Shown: positions 32,682 through 39,872 of the stretch, one piece after another | Layout: the number at the start of each line of letters is the position of its first letter | Position numbering within the stretch: the first letter of the stretch is position 1 | Source of the DNA: Halobellus limi | GTDB taxonomy: Archaea; Halobacteriota; Halobacteria; Halobacteriales; Haloferacaceae | Assembly (NCBI RefSeq): GCF_004799685.1 | Contig: NZ_CP031311.1 | Location: forward strand, 2,371,355 to 2,411,354 | Reading direction: 5' to 3' | DNA length: 40,000 nucleotides | The notes under the pieces: generated by a model | Told to the model about the DNA's origin: nothing | Database searches by the model: none | The model's input: the letters and a program-made list of their open reading frames with translations, nothing else | Position numbers and translations under genes: made by a program

Positions 32682-33686
32682 TCAGCGTCGGCGCTTCGGC
32701 GACCAGTCCTCGCAGGGGTCCATATCGTCCATCAGTTCCTCGTGAGCGCCGCAGTACGGCTGGATCCCCGAATCCGTCCGGACGTACTCGAAGTGCGCGC
32801 AGTTGCCGCAGTAGGTGTCTGCGGCGTCGTAGTTCCCCGCTCCCGACCGGCCCGAACCCGCAGACGAGGGGCCGTTCGACGGCGACGATCCGCCCGATGG
32901 CGACGACCCGCCCGATGGCGACGACCCGCCCGACGGGGAGCGCGGTCGCCCGCTCGCCCCAGTGGGGCCGCCCGGCGCGTTCGAGTCGGGACCGGCGCCC
33001 TCGCCGCGTGAGCCGTCCAGCGGCGAGGTGATCGACTCCGACTCGGTGCCGCCGTCGGAGGCGGTCCCGCCGGTGCCGCCACCGCCGGTCTGCGTCTCGA
33101 CCTCGCCGTCGGGGGTGCCGCCGAAGAACCCGATGCCGCCGAGGCCGCCCCGGGAGCGCTCGACCGGCACGTACTGGGTCTCCTGCTTCCGCGTCACGTT
33201 CACCATCGCCGTCCCGCCGGGGTCGTTGCGGGTCTTGAAGTTCGCAACGCCGGCGAACAGACACCAGAAGGTGAGGATCGCGCCGAGGAAGTAGACGCCG
33301 ACGGTCAGAAGCGTCAGGTCCGGTTTCCCCGCGCCGCAGAGCGATCCCGACCACTGGCAGGGGTACGCGTGAGTGAAGAGCGCGACGCCGATCACGGCGA
33401 TGCCGGCGCCGACGACGGCGGCGGCCTTCGTGAGCCGCCCCGACGGCAACACGGCGAAGATGCCGAGGAACACCGCGGGAACGCCGACGCCGGCGAGGAC
33501 GCCCCCGAGTTGCCGCTTTGCCGTCACCGCCAGCGGCTCCGTCCCGTAGAGGAGATCGGTCGTGGCGACGACGATCCCCGAGACGACCAGCAGGGACCCG
33601 GCGAGAAACAGCCCCAACCCGAAGAGCAGTCGGCGGAGGCTCGCCCCCGTTTGCTTTCCCCTGTAGACCTCCGAGAGACTGGGCAT
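32682..33686 (-). CDS. Membrane protein (about 4 TM) with a Gly/Ser/Pro-rich linker and a C-terminal Cys/His zinc-ribbon-like domain
   Basis: Start set at the ATG at 33686 (MPSLSEVYRGKQ); the track start is TTG. TM helices occupy the first ~150 aa. The C-terminus is YCGNCAHFEY...YCGAHEELMDDMDPCEDW. Confidence 0.8.
   Translation of the reverse strand: MPSLSEVYRGKQTGASLRRLLFGLGLFLAGSLLVVSGIVVATTDLLYGTEPLAVTAKRQLGGVLAGVGVPAVFLGIFAVLPSGRLTKAAAVVGAGIAVIGVALFTHAYPCQWSGSLCGAGKPDLTLLTVGVYFLGAILTFWCLFAGVANFKTRNDPGGTAMVNVTRKQETQYVPVERSRGGLGGIGFFGGTPDGEVETQTGGGGTGGTASDGGTESESITSPLDGSRGEGAGPDSNAPGGPTGASGRPRSPSGGSSPSGGSSPSGGSSPSNGPSSAGSGRSGAGNYDAADTYCGNCAHFEYVRTDSGIQPYCGAHEELMDDMDPCEDWSPKRRR
32883..32936. 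repeat. 18-bp in-frame tandem repeat, 3 units (encodes GGSSPS x3)
   Basis: cgacgatccgcccgatgg / cgacgacccgcccgatgg / cgacgacccgcccgacgg. Confidence 0.85.
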
Positions 33687-33800
33687 ACCGGGTACTTCGT
33701 GATCACCACACAAAACGATGCGTCAGACGGACGCACGACAGCCCGCCGATCGACCTTCGAAAAAATCGGTGTGAGCCCTCCTGTCACGGCGTGTCGAAGG

Positions 33801-33808
33801 GATTATTG
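33801..33808 (+). promoter_or_regulatory. TATA-like box GATTATTG 23 nt upstream of the ATG at 33832
   Basis: The spacing fits a leaderless promoter. Confidence 0.4.
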
Positions 33809-33831
33809 TCGGCCGTGGCAAATCCGGGGAT

Positions 33832-34113
33832 ATGGCAGACGAGGAGGAATCCGAGGGCCCCGTCGTCGAACTGGGCGAGGAGACGCCCGTCGAGGGACAG
33901 CCGCTGGCGCGCGTCGCCGCGCGGCTCACCTGGCCCCACGAGATGAGCCGGATCGTCGAACAGGAGGGCGACAGCGTCATCCGGACGCCGTCGGGCCCCC
34001 AGACCCTCGAAGACGTGCTCGAAGCGGTCGACGAGACTTACGTCGACTCGCGTCAGACGTTCGTCTCGCTCGTCCGGGACGTCGTCGGCGACGGCCCCGT
34101 CGAGACCGAGTAG
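33832..34113 (+). CDS. Small acidic hypothetical protein (93 aa)
   Basis: ATG start, G/C-ending codons, acidic composition. I believe it belongs to a conserved haloarchaeal DUF family (from memory, unverified). Confidence 0.7.
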   Translation: MADEEESEGPVVELGEETPVEGQPLARVAARLTWPHEMSRIVEQEGDSVIRTPSGPQTLEDVLEAVDETYVDSRQTFVSLVRDVVGDGPVETE

Positions 34114-34128
34114 CGCCGACCCGCGACG

Positions 34129-34818
34129 GTGTCCGTCCACGCCCGCATTCGCGCCCTCGCCGGCGAATCCAGTTGGCTCCAGCGAGCGCTCTTCGTCGGC
34201 CTCGTCCTCTCGATCCTGTGGAGCTCGTGGGCGGTTCCGCCGGCCGACCTCGGCGCGCGCGTCGTCCGCGACCTACTGTTATTCTTCGCGATCCCTGCCA
34301 GCCTCGCCGCCACACACGGCCGGGATCTCGGGTTTCACGTCGATCGGGTGGCCCTCCGCGACACCCTCCTCCTCGCGGCGTTCGTCCTCCCCTTCTACCT
34401 CGTCGGGTCGTCGCTGCCGAGCATCCGCGCGTACTACCCGATGTGGCAGACCACGACCGCGCTCTCCCAGTTTCTCCCACACACCCTGCAACAGCTGCTG
34501 GTCGTCGTCGCGGCCGAGACGTACTACCGCGGACTGCTCTGCGTCGGCGTCAGCGAGGAGTTCGGGTTCAAGAGCGTCTTCATCAGCCCCGTCGTCTACG
34601 CGCTGCACCACGTCGGGAAGCCGCCGATCGAACTGCTTCTTTCGGGTCCGACGGACGTCCTCTTCGGCGCGGTCGACTACCACAGCCAGTCGCTGCTCCC
34701 CTCGATCGTCGCGCACGGACTCGGACTGACGCTCCTGGATTGGCTCGCGCTGCACGATCCCATCTTCCCGCCGGAGGACGTCCTCGCCGCCCTCCGCTGG
34801 CTGCCGGTCCCGCTGTGA
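34129..34818 (+). CDS. CPBP-family intramembrane glutamic endopeptidase (CAAX protease/Abi-like)
   Basis: Multi-TM. Motif 1 AAETYYRG (EExxxR-like), motif 2 VVYALHH, motif 3 IVAHG. GTG start at 34129. Confidence 0.8.
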   Translation: MSVHARIRALAGESSWLQRALFVGLVLSILWSSWAVPPADLGARVVRDLLLFFAIPASLAATHGRDLGFHVDRVALRDTLLLAAFVLPFYLVGSSLPSIRAYYPMWQTTTALSQFLPHTLQQLLVVVAAETYYRGLLCVGVSEEFGFKSVFISPVVYALHHVGKPPIELLLSGPTDVLFGAVDYHSQSLLPSIVAHGLGLTLLDWLALHDPIFPPEDVLAALRWLPVPL

Positions 34819-34954
34819 ACGGCGGGCGAGCGGACCCGCGAGGCCGACGTCGGAGCGGTGCCCCCGCCGGGAAGCGACAGTGTGCGGTGGAGCGATAGTG
34901 TGCAGTAGACACACTCCCATACGTTTTCATCGGATGCCGTCGTACCCTACGTCG

Positions 34955-35404
34955 ATGACGTTACCAATCGACCCTGAAGCGATCGCGGCGGGCGACATCG
35001 GCGAGGAGCGAGCCACCCTTCGGATGGACCACGAGGAGGCGATCGAACACGTGCGCGAGGCGTTCACGGACGCGGGGTTCGGCGTCGCCACCGAGTTCTC
35101 GGCCTCGGAGATGTTGAACGAGAAGGTCGACGCCGGTCGGGACCCGTACTACGTTCTGGGCGCGTGCAACCCGAACATGGCGAACCGCGCGCTCGACGCG
35201 AGCGAGAAGCGGATGGGGGGGCTGTTCCCGTGCAACGTCGTGATCTGGCAGGAGGAACCGGGCGTCCAGACCGTCTATCACGTGAGCATTATGCGGATCG
35301 CCCGACTCGTCGGGATGGCGCCCGACGACGACGTGATGGCCGACATCATCGCCGACACGGGCGAACTCGTCGACGAGGCGTTCGGTAACCTCGACGCCGA
35401 GTGA
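34955..35404 (+). CDS. DUF302-like domain protein
   Basis: Pattern AGFGV..E......L......YYVLGACNP....AL.......LLPCNVV.W typical of DUF302. The start could be the ATG at 34955 (MTLPID) or the ATG at 34934. Confidence 0.75.
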   Translation: MTLPIDPEAIAAGDIGEERATLRMDHEEAIEHVREAFTDAGFGVATEFSASEMLNEKVDAGRDPYYVLGACNPNMANRALDASEKRMGGLFPCNVVIWQEEPGVQTVYHVSIMRIARLVGMAPDDDVMADIIADTGELVDEAFGNLDAE

Positions 35405-35469
35405 ACTCATCCACCACTTCGACCGTCACGAGGGGTTTCGACCCGCGAAACGGACTCCGCTGACGCCGG

Positions 35470-35571
35470 TCAGGGACCTTCGCGCTCCGAGCGCGGACTC
35501 CACGAGCCGAGTTCCCGGATCGTCGCGTCCATCTGCGAGAAGTTCGCCGTTTCCCTGGTATGAGAGTTCAT
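35470..35571 (-). CDS. Candidate leaderless small ORF (33 aa, MNSHTRETANFSQMDATIRELGSWSPRSEREGP)
   Basis: Not in the ORF track because it is too short. The ATG at 35571 is preceded on the minus strand by TTTATATC and 20 nt. About 25 of 32 codons end in G/C. No homology information is available to me. Confidence 0.3.
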   Translation of the reverse strand: MNSHTRETANFSQMDATIRELGSWSPRSEREGP

Positions 35572-35821
35572 ATCATAGACGACGGCGATATGATATAAAT
35601 ATCTTCTGACGGTATCGTTTGATGTTCCTAGTGCTCCTTCGAGTTATTATATCTGTATAGCCACTTTTGATCCACCTATCCAAACGTTCGTAAGTTAACC
35701 TCGGCTATTTTTAGTGGTGGAAAGTAGACGTCCGCTCCGGGCCGGCAGTCCGTGGTGGCAGATCGTCAGATCCGCGTCCGTCTCCGGAACACTTAGCCTA
35801 CCGCCGGCCACAGCGACACGT

Positions 35822-36655
35822 ATGACTCGAAGCGACTGGGGAGACTGGCTCCCGCGCGCCGTGGAAGCAGCGGATCCCGACACCGTCGCCGTCTGGTACC
35901 TCGGCTGCAACGGCTTCATCCTGAAGGGCAGCGAGGGCACGACCGTCGCGATCGACCCCTACCTGGGGACCGGCGATCCGCCGCGGACCGTCCGGATGAT
36001 TCCGGTGCCGTTCGATCCCGACGACGTCGCGGAGATGGACGCCGTCTTCGCCACCCACGAGCACACAGACCACACCCACGGCCCGAGTCAGGCGCCGATC
36101 CTCGAGAACACCGGCGCGCCCTTCTACGCCCCGGACGACTCGCTGTCTGTCGCCTTCGACGACGAGGCGTGGCTCGACGAGTACGACCTCGAGGAGTCGC
36201 AGTTCACGGAGGTCGCCGAGGGCGACACCCTCGACGTCGGCGAGTTCACCGTCCACGTGGAGTTCTCGCACGACCCCGATTCGACGCACCCGGTCTCGTA
36301 CGTCTTCGAGCACGACTCGGGCACGTTCTTCCACGGCGGCGACACGAAGCCGCACGACGACTTCGACGAACTGGGCGACCGATACGATATCGACCTCGGC
36401 GTGCTGGCGTTCGGCGCGATCGGCAACATCGACGACAAGGAGACCGGCGAACCGGTCCGCACGCGCTGGTACTCCACCGAGAACGAGGCCGTCAAGTCCG
36501 CCTCGGACCTCCGGTTCGATCGCTTCCTCCCGAGTCACTGGGACATGTGGAAGGGGATGACCGCCGATCCGAAGGTGCTGCACCACCACGCGCGGAGCTA
36601 CGAGTACCCGCAGTCGCTCGAACTCGTCGAGATCGGCGACCGCGTCGACCTCTGA
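35822..36655 (+). CDS. Metallo-beta-lactamase-fold hydrolase
   Basis: HxHxDH motif ATHEHTDHTHG, with downstream His/Asp ligands (FHGGDT). Start set at the ATG at 35822 (MTRSDW). Confidence 0.85.
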   Translation: MTRSDWGDWLPRAVEAADPDTVAVWYLGCNGFILKGSEGTTVAIDPYLGTGDPPRTVRMIPVPFDPDDVAEMDAVFATHEHTDHTHGPSQAPILENTGAPFYAPDDSLSVAFDDEAWLDEYDLEESQFTEVAEGDTLDVGEFTVHVEFSHDPDSTHPVSYVFEHDSGTFFHGGDTKPHDDFDELGDRYDIDLGVLAFGAIGNIDDKETGEPVRTRWYSTENEAVKSASDLRFDRFLPSHWDMWKGMTADPKVLHHHARSYEYPQSLELVEIGDRVDL

Positions 36656-36758
36656 GCGGGGGGTGTCGGCGGGGCGGCGCGCAGTCGAAACGCGGCGGGC
36701 TCGTCACAAGGAACTTGTCGGTCCGGAGTTGCGTGGCCGTATGGTTCTGGAACCGGGT

Positions 36759-36950
36759 ATGTCCGGCAAAGCGAGGCTCTTTTTCGCGGCCTACGGTCTT
36801 CTCGTCGTCGGGATCGTCGTCGCCCTCCGCGAACTCTTCGGAGTGAGCGGTGCCCCGCTCGCCGGCGCAGCGGTGGTAGTGGCCGTCGTGCTGTTCTGGG
36901 GCGGGCTGCGACCGGCGTATCGTCGCGTCGACGCCGGCGGGGGCGAGTGA
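36759..36950 (+). CDS. Small two-TM membrane protein (63 aa; an alternative ATG is at 36741)
   Basis: The sequence MSGKARLFFAAYGLLVVGIVVALRELFGVSGAPLAGAAVVVAVVLFWGGL has two hydrophobic helices. Confidence 0.5.
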   Translation: MSGKARLFFAAYGLLVVGIVVALRELFGVSGAPLAGAAVVVAVVLFWGGLRPAYRRVDAGGGE

Positions 36951-36955
36951 GCATC

Positions 36956-36983
36956 CCGTTCCGTGGGTTCGACTCCCGAACGG
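36956..36983 (+). other. tRNA T-arm-like bulged hairpin (tRNA fragment)
   Basis: CCGTTC-cgt-GGG-TTCGACT-CCC-GAACGG. The 14 nt at 36965-36978 are the exact reverse complement of the tRNA-Arg T-arm at 37092-37105. No matching 5' half is present. Confidence 0.5.
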
Positions 36984-37017
36984 TGCGCTCTGGGTCTCAC
37001 TTCGTTCGACAGCAGAG

Positions 37018-37040
37018 CGGACGCGGCGGGACTCCCGCGA
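37018..37040 (-). pseudogene. Partial degenerate duplicate of the tRNA-Arg 3' end (acceptor 3' strand plus T-stem)
   Basis: cggacgcggcggga (37018-31) is identical to 37083-96. The sequence then reads ctc-ccgcga versus gtcgaacccgcga in the gene (one mismatch, 4-nt deletion). Confidence 0.55.
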
Positions 37041-37082
37041 GCGAAGCGAGCGGGGGTACGCCGCGGGAGTGAGCGAAGCGAA

Positions 37083-37156
37083 CGGACGCGGCGGGAGTCG
37101 AACCCGCGATCTAGGGGTTAGGAACCCCTCGCCCTGGTCCACTAGGCCACGCGTCC
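37083..37156 (-). tRNA. tRNA-Arg (anticodon CCU)
   Basis: Hand-folded, 74 nt: GGACGCG TG GCCT AGTGGACCA GGGC G AGGGG TTCCTAA CCCCT AGATC GCGGG TTCGACT CCCGC CGCGTCC G. All stems are Watson-Crick or G-U. No encoded CCA and no intron. Confidence 0.9.
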
Positions 37157-37228
37157 CACCGGCCGATTGTACAGCCACCGCTTAAACGAATTGGATTTCG
37201 CGAAAAGGACCGGGTGGGCGACAGCGCG

Positions 37229-37486
37229 TCAGTTCGTCTCGGTCGACGTCTCAGTCGATGTCGACGTCGTCTTCTCTTCTTCCTCTTCGTCGTCGCCTTC
37301 CATCTGGCTGAGCTCTTCTTCGATTTCCTCGCGGCCGCGTCTGAACTCGCCCATCGCCTGCCCCGTCGAACGGGCGAGTTTCGGGATCTTGTTGGCGCCG
37401 AACAGAAGCACCAGTATGAGCAGGACGACGAGCACTTCCGGCCCACCCGGCAGCCCCGGGAACAGTGGGGTGATAGTTCCGTACAT
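37229..37486 (-). CDS. tatA: Twin-arginine translocase subunit TatA/E
   Basis: 85 aa. The TM helix plus amphipathic-helix signature is LVVLLILVLLFGANKIPKLARSTGQAMGEFRRG. Acidic tail. Confidence 0.9.
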   Translation of the reverse strand: MYGTITPLFPGLPGGPEVLVVLLILVLLFGANKIPKLARSTGQAMGEFRRGREEIEEELSQMEGDDEEEEEKTTSTSTETSTETN

Positions 37487-37510
37487 CGCTACCAGAACCT
37501 AACCCAGTGG

Positions 37511-37518
37511 TAATTATA
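37511..37518 (-). promoter_or_regulatory. TATA box (TATAATTA on the minus strand) 24 nt upstream of the tatA ATG
   Basis: Plus strand taattata at 37511-37518. Confidence 0.55.
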
Positions 37519-37521
37519 GGC

Positions 37522-37548
37522 TTTTTGCTCGGCTACCCCGAGCAAAAA
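37522..37548. other. Perfect 11-bp stem / 5-nt loop hairpin flanked by T5/A5
   Basis: tttttgctcgg ctacc ccgagcaaaaa. It lies immediately upstream of the tatA TATA box. Confidence 0.75.
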
Positions 37549-37708
37549 CGACCGCAGACGGACCGCCGGATGCGACGACGGAGGGCGAGATCACCGACAA
37601 GTGGGTGAGCGACGACCCCGGCGTCGAACCCGACTACGACGAGGTCGCCGCCGCGGCCGAGGACGCGAAGTCCGCCGAAATCGACGCCAACGCCCAAGAC
37701 GCACGGTA

Positions 37709-37761
37709 GCGCTCGGCGGGAAGAGACGAGAGTAATTAGCATCAGTACACGACTCCCGCAG
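37709..37761 (-). repeat. Intergenic repeat family, copy R3 (half element, inverted relative to R1/R2)
   Basis: gcgctcggcgg (37709-19) + 3 nt + gagacgagagtaatta (37723-38) is the reverse complement of 32040-32069, with 27/30 identities including a 16-mer. The match continues with agtac..actcccgcagata. Confidence 0.75.
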
Positions 37762-37792
37762 ATACTTTGCCGCCGCCGGAGTAGCCGGTTCT

Positions 37793-38605
37793 ATGGCGAA
37801 CTCCAGCGGAAACGGCGGTCGCGAGTACGATCCCGACGCCGAGCACAACTTCCCCGACGAGCGGGTCAACGCGGTTCTCGACGAGATCCTCTCGGATCCG
37901 GAGGTCACGACCTACCTCGAAGCGCAAAACGTCAACGCCGTCCAGCGGAAGGGGTACAACGACCACGGAACGAAGCACATCGAGATCGTCCGCAATCGCG
38001 CGCTCTGTCTCTACGACCTCCTGAAGGGCGGCGACGTCGCGTGCAACGGGGCCGCAGATCAGGGCCTCGACGAGGCCGACGAACCGGTGATCCTCGCGCT
38101 GGCGGCCACGCTGCACGACATCGGTCACGTAGTCCACCGCGACGACCACGTCTACTACTCGATCCCGCTGGCGGCGGACCTCCTCGACCGACTCGTCCCG
38201 CAGTTGGGGTTCTACGACACCGAGGAGGCGGTCCGGCTGAAGGCCGAGGTGCTCCACGCGATCCTCTGTCACCACACCGCGGAGGACCCGCTGACGACGG
38301 AGGCGGGGATCATCCGCGTCGCCGACGCGCTGGACATGGAGCGCGGCCGCTCGCGCATCCCCTACGAGAAGGGCGGCCGCGGCATCAACACGCTGTCGAG
38401 TCAGGCCATCGAGAACGTCTCGTTGCGCCCGGGCGACGGGAAGGCCGTCCTCGTCGAGATCGAGATGATCAACGCCGCCGGCGTCTACCAGGTCGACAAC
38501 CTGCTGAAGGCGAAACTCGACGGCTCGGGACTCGAAGAACACGTCCGCATCGTCGCGGTGAACACGAAGTCCGGCGACCAGCTCGTCGAGCGGATCGAAC
38601 TGTGA
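37793..38605 (+). CDS. HD-domain metal-dependent phosphohydrolase
   Basis: H...HD motif (HGTKHIEIV ... LAATLHDIGHVVHRDDH) and a later CHH motif. 270 aa. Confidence 0.85.
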   Translation: MANSSGNGGREYDPDAEHNFPDERVNAVLDEILSDPEVTTYLEAQNVNAVQRKGYNDHGTKHIEIVRNRALCLYDLLKGGDVACNGAADQGLDEADEPVILALAATLHDIGHVVHRDDHVYYSIPLAADLLDRLVPQLGFYDTEEAVRLKAEVLHAILCHHTAEDPLTTEAGIIRVADALDMERGRSRIPYEKGGRGINTLSSQAIENVSLRPGDGKAVLVEIEMINAAGVYQVDNLLKAKLDGSGLEEHVRIVAVNTKSGDQLVERIEL

Positions 38606-38630
38606 GCGGCGAATCGAAATGCCGGACGAC

Positions 38631-39545
38631 TCAGTCGTCGGCGGGCGAGATCTCTTCGAGACCGGCGACGGTGAGTTCGCCGCCGAGGGTCCGGTTCGGG
38701 TACGGGATGTCGATTCCCTCCTCGTCGAAGCGCTGTTTGACCGCCTGGACGTAGTCCGCGCGGGTCTTCACGAAGTCCGCGCGGCTCGGGTCCGAGATCC
38801 AGATGCGCGAGGTGAGCGTCACCGAGGAGTCGCCGAGTTCGGTCAGCCGTACCGAGGGTGCGGGGTCTTCGAGGATGTCCGCGTGCGCCTCGGCCTCCTC
38901 TATGATTATCTCGGTCGCTTTCTCCGTATCGTCGTCGTAGCCGATACCGAAGGGGACCTGCAGCCGGAGCTTGTCCTTCGCGACGGGGTTCTTGATGACG
39001 CCGTCGGTCAGCGCCGAGTTCGGCACCGTCAGCAGTTCGTTGTCGAACGTCCGAACCCGAGAGACGCGGAAGCTGATGTCCTCGACGACGCCCGAGTTCC
39101 CGTCCCACTGGATCCAGTCGCCGATCTTGAACGGCTTATCAGTATAAATGAAGATGCCCGCGACGAAGTTCTTCAGGACGTCCTGCATCGCGAAACCGAT
39201 CGCCAGCGTGGCCGCGGCGGCGATCGTCGCGAGCGACTGGAGGAAGTTCGGATACCCCGCCGCGCCGAACGCCGCCGTGACGCCGGCGAAGCCGACGACG
39301 ACGACGAGGAGTCGGCGGAGCGGCTTCTGGGCGTGTGATTCGAGCCCCCGAGAGTCCATCATCCGGGTCGCGATGGGCAGGAGCACGCTGCGCCCGATCA
39401 CGAACACGACCGCGAACACGACGAGGAACGCGAGCGCCTGCCCGAGCAGGCTGGCGATCGCGTCCGGGACGCCGAACCCGGCCAGGAGTCCGGCGATCGA
39501 GTCGTTCAGGCCGATGCCGGCCTGCAGCGGGGCCCCGGCGCTCAT
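38631..39545 (-). CDS. MscS-family mechanosensitive ion channel
   Basis: Three N-terminal TM helices followed by the conserved beta-domain sequence FIYTDKPFKIGDWIQWDGNSGVVEDISFRVSRVRTFDNELLTVPNS. Confidence 0.9.
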   Translation of the reverse strand: MSAGAPLQAGIGLNDSIAGLLAGFGVPDAIASLLGQALAFLVVFAVVFVIGRSVLLPIATRMMDSRGLESHAQKPLRRLLVVVVGFAGVTAAFGAAGYPNFLQSLATIAAAATLAIGFAMQDVLKNFVAGIFIYTDKPFKIGDWIQWDGNSGVVEDISFRVSRVRTFDNELLTVPNSALTDGVIKNPVAKDKLRLQVPFGIGYDDDTEKATEIIIEEAEAHADILEDPAPSVRLTELGDSSVTLTSRIWISDPSRADFVKTRADYVQAVKQRFDEEGIDIPYPNRTLGGELTVAGLEEISPADD

Positions 39546-39790
39546 CGGTGCAGGACCCCCGTGTTACCCCGCGTCTCGACGACCTCCGCGTCGGCGCGCT
39601 CGGCGAGTTCGGCGGCGAGTTCCTCTACGGTCGTGCCCCCGCGGGCCGCCCGGAGGAACTTCACCTTCACGAGCTCTCTGTCTTTCAACTGATCGGCCGC
39701 CTCCTCGACGACCGGATCGATCCCCCCTTTTCCCACCCAGACGGTGACGTCCAGGTCGTGGGCCGCCTTGCGCAGCTCCTGTTCGTCCAT
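39542..39790 (-). CDS. CRM/YhbY-family RNA-binding protein
   Basis: The sequence LRKAAHDLDVTVWVGKGGI contains the GKGG motif. Its stop overlaps the mscS start (ATGA). The start could be the ATG at 39790 or at 39811. Confidence 0.8.
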   Translation of the reverse strand: MDEQELRKAAHDLDVTVWVGKGGIDPVVEEAADQLKDRELVKVKFLRAARGGTTVEELAAELAERADAEVVETRGNTGVLHR

Positions 39791-39872
39791 ACGGCTTCGA
39801 TACGTCGGCATCCGGTTTGAAACTTAAGACTCTCGACCAGTATCCGACCTCTCGGACGGCAGGCGTCCCTCG

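Noticed and set aside
5158-33000. Tandem repeats (27-bp at 5158, 24-bp at 26915, 18-bp at 32883, 15-bp at 5033) as possible CRISPR arrays.
   Set aside because: The units are directly adjacent with no unique spacers. There are only 3-5 copies, three of the four arrays lie in frame inside ORFs, and no cas genes are present.
33760-33772. A 12-nt identity (aatcggtgtgag) with the tail of repeat R1, as a possible fourth repeat copy.
   Set aside because: Exact 12-mers are expected many times by chance in 40 kb compared on both strands (~1.6e9 comparisons against 4^12 ~ 1.7e7 sequences). No flanking collinear blocks support homology.
35405-37160. The idea that an integrated provirus or plasmid lies next to tRNA-Arg, given the AT-rich island and tRNA-end duplicates.
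   Set aside because: There is no integrase, no virus or plasmid genes, and no long direct repeat bracketing a cargo region. The genes between are ordinary (MBL hydrolase, small membrane protein). Only scars are supported.
37533-37742. A 69-aa minus-strand ORF between tatA and the HD gene.
   Set aside because: It is G/V/R-rich and antisense to a much more coding-like acidic plus frame. Its ATG lies inside repeat R3. I cannot exclude a non-coding transcript here, but a protein is unlikely.
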